A stretch of DNA of 16,617 nt from a virus. The first letter of the stretch is position 1; the number at the start of each line of letters is the position of its first letter. Where the stretch lies: the IMG/VR virus record IMGVR_UViG_3300029913_000003, positions 192,001-208,617 of that record, one strand, 5' to 3'. This document shows, piece after piece, positions 1-8,013 of this stretch. Position numbers and translations under genes: made by a program. Under the pieces are notes generated by a model. The model did no database searches and was not told the DNA's origin. It was given only the letters and a program-made list of their open reading frames with translations.

Positions 1-1392
1 AAATTTTGGATAAAAACCATTCTTATCATATTTATAAGCTCCTCTTCTTCCGATTTCAGTTGCTGCTGCAACAGGGTCGAATACTGAGTAATTTATATTT
101 CCGATAAAACTTGAATAACAAGGATTAACTTTTATTAATATTAATCCATTATTATCACAATGTTTATTTATTAAATTTGTTTGGAAGCCTAAGTTCCAAC
201 AATTATTTATTTTACGACGAACTTCTTTTGACATTTCATCCTGACTATTTGATTTAAAGTTTAAGTCTTCCATCACAAAATAACCACACTTGTAGTGAGT
301 TATTATATCAAATATCTTAACGTAAATGTTACCGATTTCATGTTTTCTTTTTCTGGTTAGATAAAGACTTTCGTCTACGGTAACATCTTTACCTGATTTT
401 TTCATCAACTCACTTAAGTCATAACATTTACTATCAATTACTTTAACTTCATCATTTGATGTTTTATCTAAGATTACTAAACCAATATAATCAGGATTTA
501 AATCAACTGCAGCAAATCTATTTTGATTTTTGCCTACAAGTTTTCGTGATGTTTGTTCTTGTTTATGTTTAATGTAAATGTTTTTGTCGTACTTACCATT
601 ATTCTTTTCTTTGATTTCCTTGATGTAAGTTTTATAATCAAAAGGTTCACCATTAATCATTTCATTATCAACTGTAATACAAAGATATTCATGATCTAAC
701 TTGACTGAAATAGGTAATATATTTAAGTCTTTAATTAATTGAAGATCCTTCAATTGTTTCTTATAATTACCTTTAACTACATAATTGATATAAATTTTAT
801 TCTCGCTGTTCATTTTATAAATGATTTGATTATTAGTAAAATCAAATTCAAAAAATCTATTAGAATTAGGATCACATTTAGATCCGTAAAGACTCAAAGG
901 AAGGATTCTATTCGAATGATATTCATCTGTTTTAGTAATTATAGTGTTTTTATTTTCCTTTTTATCATTATTTAAGTAGGATATTTCTTTTAGTAGTTTT
1001 CTTGTACCGAAAGTAATATCCTTTGATAAATTTCTATTTTTATAACTTAAGTTTTTCTGATATTTAAATAGATTCCTTGTTTCTTTTTTGGTTAATTTTA
1101 TTTTTGATTGTAATTCTTTTATATCATCTTGTAAATCAAGTATTTCCTGTGATAATTTATCTTTATTTGTTTGAATTTGCTTAAATTTTGTCTTAACATC
1201 AATTATTAAACAGTTAGACTCGTAAACACTCAAACCATATATTTTAGTTAATTTAGTAATATATTCTTTATCATTAATTTTATCATAATGTTTATAAAGT
1301 TTACGAAAGAAATATGAAAACTGTTTCTGACGATTTAATATTTTAAGTTTACCCTCTTCACTAACGTTAAATCCAACTTTTATTGATATCAT
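1..1392 (-). CDS. tnpB: IS607-family TnpB/Fanzor-like (OrfB) RuvC-type nuclease. It is 5'-complete (ATG at 1392-1390) and open through the window start, with 464 codons in the window and the C-terminus beyond position 1.
   Basis: I translated the minus strand from 1392 and found it open to position 1 in one frame. I spot-checked the frame at three places. The motifs fit TnpB: RFAAVDLNPDYIGLVILD (RuvC-I Asp), FVMEDLNFKS (RuvC-II Glu), VNPCYSSF (TnpB VDPxYTSQ-like) and FDPVAAATEIGRRG (RuvC-III D..AA.NI..RG). A coiled-coil-like K/E/L-rich N-terminal region is also present. The gene lies directly downstream of a MerR-HTH serine-recombinase tnpA, which is the IS607 arrangement. The CxxC..CxxC zinc finger normally found between RuvC-II and RuvC-III seems to be missing. 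Confidence 0.75.
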   Translation of the reverse strand, partial: MISIKVGFNVSEEGKLKILNRQKQFSYFFRKLYKHYDKINDKEYITKLTKIYGLSVYESNCLIIDVKTKFKQIQTNKDKLSQEILDLQDDIKELQSKIKLTKKETRNLFKYQKNLSYKNRNLSKDITFGTRKLLKEISYLNNDKKENKNTIITKTDEYHSNRILPLSLYGSKCDPNSNRFFEFDFTNNQIIYKMNSENKIYINYVVKGNYKKQLKDLQLIKDLNILPISVKLDHEYLCITVDNEMINGEPFDYKTYIKEIKEKNNGKYDKNIYIKHKQEQTSRKLVGKNQNRFAAVDLNPDYIGLVILDKTSNDEVKVIDSKCYDLSELMKKSGKDVTVDESLYLTRKRKHEIGNIYVKIFDIITHYKCGYFVMEDLNFKSNSQDEMSKEVRRKINNCWNLGFQTNLINKHCDNNGLILIKVNPCYSSFIGNINYSVFDPVAAATEIGRRGAYKYDKNGFYPKF

Positions 1393-1458
1393 ATATTATC
1401 TTGTAGTTCTTTTTTAATTTTATATCATTTATTATCTTGTAGTTCTTTTTTAATTTTA
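1386..1458. repeat. Near-perfect 36-bp tandem duplication (two copies, 1386-1422 and 1422-1458) spanning the tnpA stop and the tnpB start
   Basis: The unit tatcat[a/t]tattatcttgtagttcttttttaatttta occurs twice head to tail with one mismatch. Copy 2 carries the last nine tnpA codons plus its TGA stop. Copy 1 carries the tnpB ATG. Confidence 0.9.
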
Positions 1459-2027
1459 TTTAATTTTCTTCTATTTGAATATGATTTCATAGAGAAATAA
1501 TGAATAATAGAAATCAAATCATCTGTTAATTCTTGTTCATAACTTTTGTTTTGTATGTTATCACTTATGACTATAATTTTAGTACCAAAATATTTAAATA
1601 CTTCAGTAATAAGGTCGAATCCAAATCTACATAATCTATCTTTATTTTCAACTATAACGCATTCAATTTTACCTTCAATAACAAGTTTAATTAATTTATT
1701 TAAACCATCTCTTTCAAATGACATACCTGACTTAATATCTTCAAATTGCTGTTCAATTACTATATCATTTAATATAGAGAATTCATAAATTCTATTAGAT
1801 TGTTCTTTTAAATCATTTTTTCTTGGTTGGTTTGAAACTCTGGCATAACTAACATTAATTCTTTTATGTTTTATTTTTTTAACTCCAATTAATTTATATA
1901 CATCTTCGTCATTATAAATATATGAATAATTATTTATTTTATTAATTTTTATTAATCCTTTTTTAATATATTTACTTAATGTAACTTGGGTTATACCCAA
2001 TATTTCTTTTACTTCTTTTGCTTTCAT
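1425..2027 (-). CDS. tnpA: IS607-family TnpA: serine recombinase with an N-terminal MerR-like HTH
   Basis: This is a 200-aa ORF. The N-terminus MKAKEVKEILGITQVTLSKYIKKG is a MerR/excisionase-type HTH. It is followed by the catalytic-serine motif VSYARVSNQPRKNDLKEQ (YxRVS..Q) and the resolvase core DG..KLIKLV....IECVIVENKDRLCRFGF. The HTH-then-catalytic-domain order is specific to IS607 TnpA, because Hin/Gin invertases have the opposite order. The stop codon is TGA. Confidence 0.85.
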   Translation of the reverse strand: MKAKEVKEILGITQVTLSKYIKKGLIKINKINNYSYIYNDEDVYKLIGVKKIKHKRINVSYARVSNQPRKNDLKEQSNRIYEFSILNDIVIEQQFEDIKSGMSFERDGLNKLIKLVIEGKIECVIVENKDRLCRFGFDLITEVFKYFGTKIIVISDNIQNKSYEQELTDDLISIIHYFSMKSYSNRRKLNKIKKELQDNK

Positions 2028-2078
2028 AATTATATATATTAAATAAAAAATACCGTTTTTTGCTAAAATAATATAATT

Positions 2079-2096
2079 TATATAACGTTATATAAT
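2079..2096. promoter_or_regulatory. 18-bp perfect palindrome ttatataacgttatataa, about 50 bp upstream of the tnpA ATG. It is a candidate TnpA operator or subterminal recombination site.
   Basis: The sequence is exactly self-complementary and centred on a rare CG dinucleotide in otherwise pure A/T DNA. Its function is inferred only from its position. Confidence 0.35.
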
Positions 2097-2168
2097 TATA
2101 ATTAATAGTCTTTTATTATTTTTGTATTACATTTTCAGTTATAAATTCAATATATTTTTTCATATTTT

Positions 2169-4652
2169 TTATTCCCATCTATTATTATAAATATTTGATG
2201 TATACAATTCTTTAGTTGCATTATCAGCTAATATTAAATTATTAGAATCTTGCACTACTCGTTGTAATAATAAATTAGATTTAGATTCATCAGGAATAAC
2301 ATCATCATATATCCTTATATTTGTCAATTTTATATTAGATGAATTTATTATTATATTTTGATCAACATTAAATGTATTTAATGGTACAGTTACTCCTTCA
2401 TATTCATCAATATATTTTATTGACGCTATATTATATAAACTTGTGTCAGTTAATTTATCAGCAATTTCAGTATTTTTAACTGGTCTATATCCATTTGATG
2501 TATAATACGATATGTCATTTATATTTGTATTATCTAATATAACACTTTTATAATTAGGTGTAAACATTGTTATTTTATAATTATATCTTCTTTTAAATAA
2601 ATCTAAACTTATTGTTCTTTGTCTATTATCTAAATTTACAGTTAAACCATACCACATATTTGTTGTTAATCCTGTTATTGGTAAACTATAATTTATGTTA
2701 TTTATAGTCAATGTTATATTATTATTTGCGTAAGATAATTTATATCCTTTATTATTAATTGAATCATAGTTGTTTATAAATTCAAAATAACTTTTATTAC
2801 TAACATAATAAGAATTAAATATATTTTCATCAATTGCCTTATTTGGATCAAAACTATTATTAAAATTAAACCACACATTAAATGCTCTATTATCACTAAA
2901 ATTCAAATTTGAATCTTTATATGTATAAGTAACTGCGGTTGTACCAGAAGATAATGATGATAAATTATAATAGCTATCTGCTATTTTTATATCTTTTAAT
3001 GAATTATAGATATCTTTTTTAATTATCTCTAATTTTGGATTAACAATTAATCTATAAACTTCGTGTGTTATAGGTTTTAATTGTTTATTTGCAATTTTAT
3101 CTTCTTGTTCTCTTATTTCTCCGCCAAATAAAGAATCTATAGTATTATTATTTGTTAATGATTCAATAAGATTTTTTGATGCATTAGAAACATTAGTTTC
3201 ATTTGCAAGTTTTTCATATTTTTCAAGAACAACATTATAATAAACACCCATATACATAATATCTCTTTTTACTTGAGCATGTTTAATTCTATACATACGA
3301 TTTGCTTGACAAAAATATATAATATCTTTTTGGAATGGTCTTTTTTCTATTCCAAATGCATTATGAAATTCGTCTTTTAATATAATAACTTGAAATGTAT
3401 CCATCATATCTAACATATATTCATTTATTTGAACTTGATTATCTGGAAAATTATTTTCAGGTACAATTATTTTTATTTTTTGTGTATCTACTATATTAAA
3501 TAATTGATATTCATGTAATATACTATCTATTCCTTTACCGTCAGGATCTGTTAAATGATAATCAACTGTCCATCCAAATATTTTACCTACTGTATTTGAT
3601 AAATATGTATACCAATCTCCTATTTTTTGTCCAGCATAAGGATTAAATATGCCTTGTGATGCTGCTGTTTGAGTTGAATCTAATCCAGTTGTATTACTTT
3701 GTGAACTTAGACTTGGTATAACATTACCTGATATATAACAACTTAATCCTTTTGTCACCCAATCTTTACTATAATCTAATGGAGTTTTACTATCACCTTT
3801 ATATGATGTTATACCATTTAAACAAACTGAATTTGTACCACTATCTGTTGAATTTGAAATTGTAGTTCCAGTATTTACTGCAGGATAAGAAACTGCACAA
3901 TCCTCTCTAACTCCATATCTATTAGTTTTAAGATAATTATTATTAATATTTTGAAAATCTCCTAATAATATAATATCATAAATTTTAGATGTTGTTCCAG
4001 TATTTATTTTAGAAACTGAATACTCAACTTGTGCAAATCTAATTGGATTTATTTTTACAGTTGATATATTTTCTGTTGTTAAATTTTCCCAAGGCGTATA
4101 TGTTCTACCATTATCTTGAGTGAATCTATATTTAATTTGTAAATTATTAGTATTTGATCCATATATTTCATAACCAGTTAATTTGAAAACTTTATAAATA
4201 TCTTTTGGGGTAAATAATATAAATTCATTATCTGGTATATTAACAATTGTATCTGTTTGTTCAATATCATAAGTTCCTTCGATTACAATTGTATTTATTG
4301 TAAGTGCTGGTATTGTAGTAGTATCAGCATCAATTCTATAATAAGCTAAATTTAAATATAAGTTATTTAATGAGCAATAATCTTGTGTAATTCCTGTAAT
4401 AGGAGAATACTCACTATAACTTATACCACTTCTTGTATTGCTATAAGAAAAATATTTTTTGAAATAATGATCATTAGTTTCTCCTTTTACAATATCTGTA
4501 AATTTTGTAATTGATGATATGCTTTTTAATGGAACGATAGAAAAATTTTTAATATCACGAATTTGAGTAGATATTTCATCTGTATACGTTGGAGTACCTA
4601 ACCAACTCATTGTAAAAGTACCATCAAATTTAGGAGTGTAAATATATCTCAT
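2169..4652 (-). CDS. Hypothetical 827-aa protein rich in N, Y, T and I. It is probably a structural protein.
   Basis: This is a long uninterrupted ORF in a roughly 75% AT background. Its composition and codon usage match the neighbouring genes. I recognised no specific motif. Confidence 0.6.
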   Translation of the reverse strand: MRYIYTPKFDGTFTMSWLGTPTYTDEISTQIRDIKNFSIVPLKSISSITKFTDIVKGETNDHYFKKYFSYSNTRSGISYSEYSPITGITQDYCSLNNLYLNLAYYRIDADTTTIPALTINTIVIEGTYDIEQTDTIVNIPDNEFILFTPKDIYKVFKLTGYEIYGSNTNNLQIKYRFTQDNGRTYTPWENLTTENISTVKINPIRFAQVEYSVSKINTGTTSKIYDIILLGDFQNINNNYLKTNRYGVREDCAVSYPAVNTGTTISNSTDSGTNSVCLNGITSYKGDSKTPLDYSKDWVTKGLSCYISGNVIPSLSSQSNTTGLDSTQTAASQGIFNPYAGQKIGDWYTYLSNTVGKIFGWTVDYHLTDPDGKGIDSILHEYQLFNIVDTQKIKIIVPENNFPDNQVQINEYMLDMMDTFQVIILKDEFHNAFGIEKRPFQKDIIYFCQANRMYRIKHAQVKRDIMYMGVYYNVVLEKYEKLANETNVSNASKNLIESLTNNNTIDSLFGGEIREQEDKIANKQLKPITHEVYRLIVNPKLEIIKKDIYNSLKDIKIADSYYNLSSLSSGTTAVTYTYKDSNLNFSDNRAFNVWFNFNNSFDPNKAIDENIFNSYYVSNKSYFEFINNYDSINNKGYKLSYANNNITLTINNINYSLPITGLTTNMWYGLTVNLDNRQRTISLDLFKRRYNYKITMFTPNYKSVILDNTNINDISYYTSNGYRPVKNTEIADKLTDTSLYNIASIKYIDEYEGVTVPLNTFNVDQNIIINSSNIKLTNIRIYDDVIPDESKSNLLLQRVVQDSNNLILADNATKELYTSNIYNNRWE

Positions 4653-4707
4653 TTTTAATTATTTTATATTTCTCTTATATATAAAAAATTTAATTATAAT
4701 ATATTTT

Positions 4708-5454
4708 TTAAAAATTAACTCTTTCTTTTACTCTTATTGCATAACTTAATATTGATTCATATGTATAATAAGAATTTTTCATTTTAGGGTCTTTATATAA
4801 TTTAAAATCAGGAATAGAAGAAATATCAACTTCTAATATTACCCATTCGTCGATATTCATATTGAATAATTCTGTCTTATCATATTTATTTTTAAAAAAT
4901 TTTCTTTTTTCTGCACAAAATTCTTTAGCATCTGACAAATTGTCAGTTAAATATACTCTATCTACATCATTAGATATCATATTTTGAGATTTAGGAACTA
5001 ATCCTATTTTTTTAATTTTTTCGTAATAATATTTTGTTGTTGCATGATATAATATATCAGGTGTTCCATCAGGTACATCAAATCTTTTTTGAAATGTTAT
5101 ATTAAATATTGTATCTTTTGATATCATTATACTTTTTATTTCTAATCCATTATTATCAATTATACTAGGTTTAAAATATCCCATATTATGCATAAAACTA
5201 GTCAATTCTTTATTAAATTGTTTTTTATTTACATTTGAAATATCAATTGATAATGAAATATATCCTTCTAATTTTTTTATTTCATATTTAATATTATATG
5301 ATTTTATTAAATTATCTAATTTTTCACAAAAAAAGTCATAATCAACAGAATGAATTAATCCCTCCTTCATAGCTAAATAAAAATGATTGTGAAAATAATC
5401 TGCTTCTTCATTAAAATTTCTATATTTTTCAAAATTTTTAAACCTATCTAGCAT
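4708..5454 (-). CDS. 248-aa protein whose C-terminal half resembles the NAD-binding lobe of Tpt1/KptA RNA 2'-phosphotransferase (ADP-ribosyltransferase fold). The catalytic motifs look divergent.
   Basis: The segment ILYHATTKYYYEKIKKIGLVPKSQNMISNDVDRVYLTD lines up with E. coli KptA [32 protein letters not shown], sharing LYH.T, EIKK.GL and R..(V/Y).L. The Tpt1 signature RH and RxHxH histidines are not conserved. I am recalling this from memory and did no search. Confidence 0.4.
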   Translation of the reverse strand: MLDRFKNFEKYRNFNEEADYFHNHFYLAMKEGLIHSVDYDFFCEKLDNLIKSYNIKYEIKKLEGYISLSIDISNVNKKQFNKELTSFMHNMGYFKPSIIDNNGLEIKSIMISKDTIFNITFQKRFDVPDGTPDILYHATTKYYYEKIKKIGLVPKSQNMISNDVDRVYLTDNLSDAKEFCAEKRKFFKNKYDKTELFNMNIDEWVILEVDISSIPDFKLYKDPKMKNSYYTYESILSYAIRVKERVNF

Positions 5455-5492
5455 ATTTTTTATTTATTATAGTTAATATAATTATATAAGTT

Positions 5493-5524
5493 TATATAAA
5501 ATTTTGAATGATAAATTTTATATA
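5493..5524. promoter_or_regulatory. Inverted repeat (12-bp arms tatataaaattt / aaattttatata, 8-nt spacer) in the divergent intergenic region between 4708..5454(-) and 5544..6317(+). It contains the decamer AAAATTTTGA at 5498-5507.
   Basis: I verified the arms by reverse complementation. The ATG at 5508 listed in the ORF track sits in the loop, which argues that the real start is 5544. Confidence 0.4.
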
Positions 5525-5543
5525 TAAGAGAAAACATTTTTTT

Positions 5544-6317
5544 ATGGCTATAATCACCCCTAATGATCTTATTAATCCAACAGAAAAAACAATAAAGAAC
5601 TGGAATTGCTCATTTATTGCAGTTGAAGGTCCAAATATAATTGAAAAATTAAGCTTAGAAGATTTGGCTATTCCATATGAATCTCAATATAGATCGAGAA
5701 TAGTTTTAAAAGCTGGTGAATCTAATAAAATGCTTTACGGATTTATTGGTAAGGCTGTTACATTCTTAATGATAAAAGTAACTTATGATAGTTTATCTGA
5801 TCCATATTATACATATGAACAAGAAAAATATAATATAAATTATTATTTTGAAAATGATCCTATTCTTAGACCATTAAATAGATTATTAATAATGACAGGT
5901 TCTTCTGATGAAAGAATACCACAAATTTATGTGACAAATCCATTAGATTATGACGTAACATTAGATGTATTAGAAGCAACAGTTGATTCTGAATTTGATG
6001 AAGATGATGATATACCTGCTGATTATCAAATACATTATGCTATAACAAATATATCAAGTACATATTCTGGAAAAACAGATGATGAATATATAAGATGTTC
6101 TGGTACAACAGAATCAGGTTCTACATATTCATTATATTTACCGTTAGCAACTGGTACAGGAAATGTATTAACAATCAAAAATATATTAAACGGAGTTATA
6201 ACTATTTTAACACAAGATACAGATTTGATTGATGGTTTAAATTCATATGTATTAAATACTCAATATGAAGTAGTCGTGCTAATTGATGCAGGTACTGGTA
6301 TCTGGGATAAAATATAA
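5544..6317 (+). CDS. Hypothetical protein, paralogue A of a tandem pair. Its N-terminal domain is shared with 6325..7200.
   Basis: I prefer the start at 5544 (MAIITPNDL...) over the track start at 5508. The paralogue begins MAKITSNSL at an equivalent position, and 5508 lies inside a hairpin loop. The conserved blocks are IKNW..F....GP, AIPY.S.Y.SRIVL, KVTY and DPYY.YE...YNINYY......P..RLL...GS......QIY..NPLDYDV.LDV..A. Confidence 0.6.
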   Translation: MAIITPNDLINPTEKTIKNWNCSFIAVEGPNIIEKLSLEDLAIPYESQYRSRIVLKAGESNKMLYGFIGKAVTFLMIKVTYDSLSDPYYTYEQEKYNINYYFENDPILRPLNRLLIMTGSSDERIPQIYVTNPLDYDVTLDVLEATVDSEFDEDDDIPADYQIHYAITNISSTYSGKTDDEYIRCSGTTESGSTYSLYLPLATGTGNVLTIKNILNGVITILTQDTDLIDGLNSYVLNTQYEVVVLIDAGTGIWDKI

Positions 6318-6324
6318 TATAAAT

Positions 6325-7200
6325 ATGGCAAAAATAACAAGTAATAGTCTTTATGGTAAAACAAAAAGAGAAATAAAAAATTGGGGTAGAGATTTTAGAA
6401 CATCAGATGGACCTCAAACATCTTCTGTTATGAGTCTCAGTGATATTGCAATACCGTATGATTCATGTTATACATCAAGAATAGTATTACCTTCTTATAC
6501 TGAAGATTTTTTATTAAATTATGGTATAATTGAAGAATCTACTTTTTTATTATTAAAAGTTACATATAATGGTAATTATGATAATGAGAATGAAGATGCG
6601 TATGATCCATATTATTATTATGAACCAAGTACATATAATATTAATTACTATTATGATTCTAATTCAGGTATAACATATCCAATTGGAAGATTATTGCTTT
6701 TAAATGGCTCATTTCCAAATAAATTAGGACAAATTTATTTGAATAATCCATTAGATTATGATGTAGTTTTAGATGTAATGCAAGCTAATATTGAAGCTCC
6801 AATAGTTCAACCACCAAGTAGTGCAGTAACGATATCAAATTTGTATTATAGTGACATTATAACAAATCAAGTTGAATGTTATTCTTATACTGGATTAACA
6901 ACAGGATCTACTGAATTTATTATTACTGGAATTACATCTTCAATAATAAGTACAGGTTATACAATTACACAATATATAATTCCATATAATACTATTATAT
7001 CAATAAATTCAGATACATCATTATATTACATTTACATAAACACTACATCAACTTATTATACTATTAAATTTTTAACTCAATCTGATTATGAACAAGCATA
7101 TTTTAGAATAATATTCGCGTATTCATCATATACAGATGGTAATTGTAGATATTTAACTACAACAGAAACATACGATAGTGGTAATAATATAAATTGTTAA
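6325..7200 (+). CDS. Hypothetical protein, paralogue B of the tandem pair. Its N-terminal domain is conserved and its C-terminal half is unrelated.
   Basis: The same conserved blocks as 5544..6317 are present. I chose the start at 6325 (MAKITS...) rather than the track start at 6283, which overlaps the previous gene. The gap after the upstream stop codon is 7 nt. Confidence 0.6.
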   Translation: MAKITSNSLYGKTKREIKNWGRDFRTSDGPQTSSVMSLSDIAIPYDSCYTSRIVLPSYTEDFLLNYGIIEESTFLLLKVTYNGNYDNENEDAYDPYYYYEPSTYNINYYYDSNSGITYPIGRLLLLNGSFPNKLGQIYLNNPLDYDVVLDVMQANIEAPIVQPPSSAVTISNLYYSDIITNQVECYSYTGLTTGSTEFIITGITSSIISTGYTITQYIIPYNTIISINSDTSLYYIYINTTSTYYTIKFLTQSDYEQAYFRIIFAYSSYTDGNCRYLTTTETYDSGNNINC

Positions 7201-7219
7201 AAATAAAAATTAATTATAA

Positions 7220-7960
7220 ATGACTATTATATATTATAATTCTCCTATAAGTGGAACTACTTGGATTGGTAGTGGAACTACTGTACCACATAATGCATAT
7301 TTGCATTTATATCATGATAGTGTTACAGGTTGGACATTAAATAGTTTAAAACATCTATTCATTAGTGGAATAACTGGTTGCATTTCAGTGAATATACCAT
7401 TAGATAATATAACTTTTGAGTTATATGAGAAAGGTACAAATATACAATTATATGAATTAACAAAATATGGACAATATTTTATATATATTTCAATTTCAGA
7501 TTCTGTTGGAAATATAACTACATCATATATTTATAATATTGTTGTAAATGATAGTTCTCCTGAAATAATATTTAATTGTAATATTTTTAATTCAGGATTG
7601 ACAGGAAATACTATTGATTTTTCTGGAGCAACTGGTATAACATCAGGAATTAATATTTATTCTGGCGTAACATTTAATCTTTTTGAATTTGATAAAAATA
7701 TAATTAATAAAGTTGATATAATTTATAATTGTATATGCTATGTGATTGATAATATTGATTATTGTATCAATAAATATATGATAAATGTTTTAATTATAGG
7801 ATCAAATTTATTAAATAATAATGAGTATCAAGAAATTTCTATACCAGGTTATTATTGCATAAAATTATCTTTAATAAATAGTACAAATTATGAGATTGTT
7901 TATTATTTTCTTGTAGATGCTGTTTATGATCCAAATAATTATAATTCTAATATTTATTAA
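7220..7960 (+). CDS. Hypothetical 246-aa protein
   Basis: The ORF is co-directional with its neighbours and starts 19 nt after the previous stop, in a TAAATG context. I recognised no motif. Confidence 0.5.
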   Translation: MTIIYYNSPISGTTWIGSGTTVPHNAYLHLYHDSVTGWTLNSLKHLFISGITGCISVNIPLDNITFELYEKGTNIQLYELTKYGQYFIYISISDSVGNITTSYIYNIVVNDSSPEIIFNCNIFNSGLTGNTIDFSGATGITSGINIYSGVTFNLFEFDKNIINKVDIIYNCICYVIDNIDYCINKYMINVLIIGSNLLNNNEYQEISIPGYYCIKLSLINSTNYEIVYYFLVDAVYDPNNYNSNIY

Positions 7961-8013
7961 TATTATTGACCTAATAAAATAAATATATAAATTAGTAAAA
8001 ATTAAATAAATAA

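Larger units (their letters stand above)
1..2100 (-). mobile_element. Partial IS607-like transposon (tnpA then tnpB). The left end is probably within 2028-2168 and the right end lies beyond the window start.
   Basis: The gene pair and order are diagnostic. IS607 elements lack terminal inverted repeats, so I could not define the exact left end. The coordinates are approximate. Confidence 0.6.

Noticed and set aside
739-975. 78-aa plus-strand ORF from the ORF track
   Set aside because: It lies antisense inside the much longer minus-strand tnpB reading frame. It has a low-complexity I/F-rich translation typical of shadow ORFs in AT-rich DNA.
1546-1788. 80-aa plus-strand ORF from the ORF track
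   Set aside because: It is antisense to tnpA, which has strong serine-recombinase motifs, so it is a shadow ORF.
5508-5543. Upstream start codon of ORF 5508..6317 (MINFIYKRKHFF...)
   Set aside because: The ATG lies in the loop of the 5493-5524 inverted repeat. The paralogue 6325..7200 begins at the position homologous to 5544 (MAIIT/MAKIT). I therefore prefer 5544. The same logic rejects 6283 as the start of the second paralogue, because it would overlap the upstream gene.
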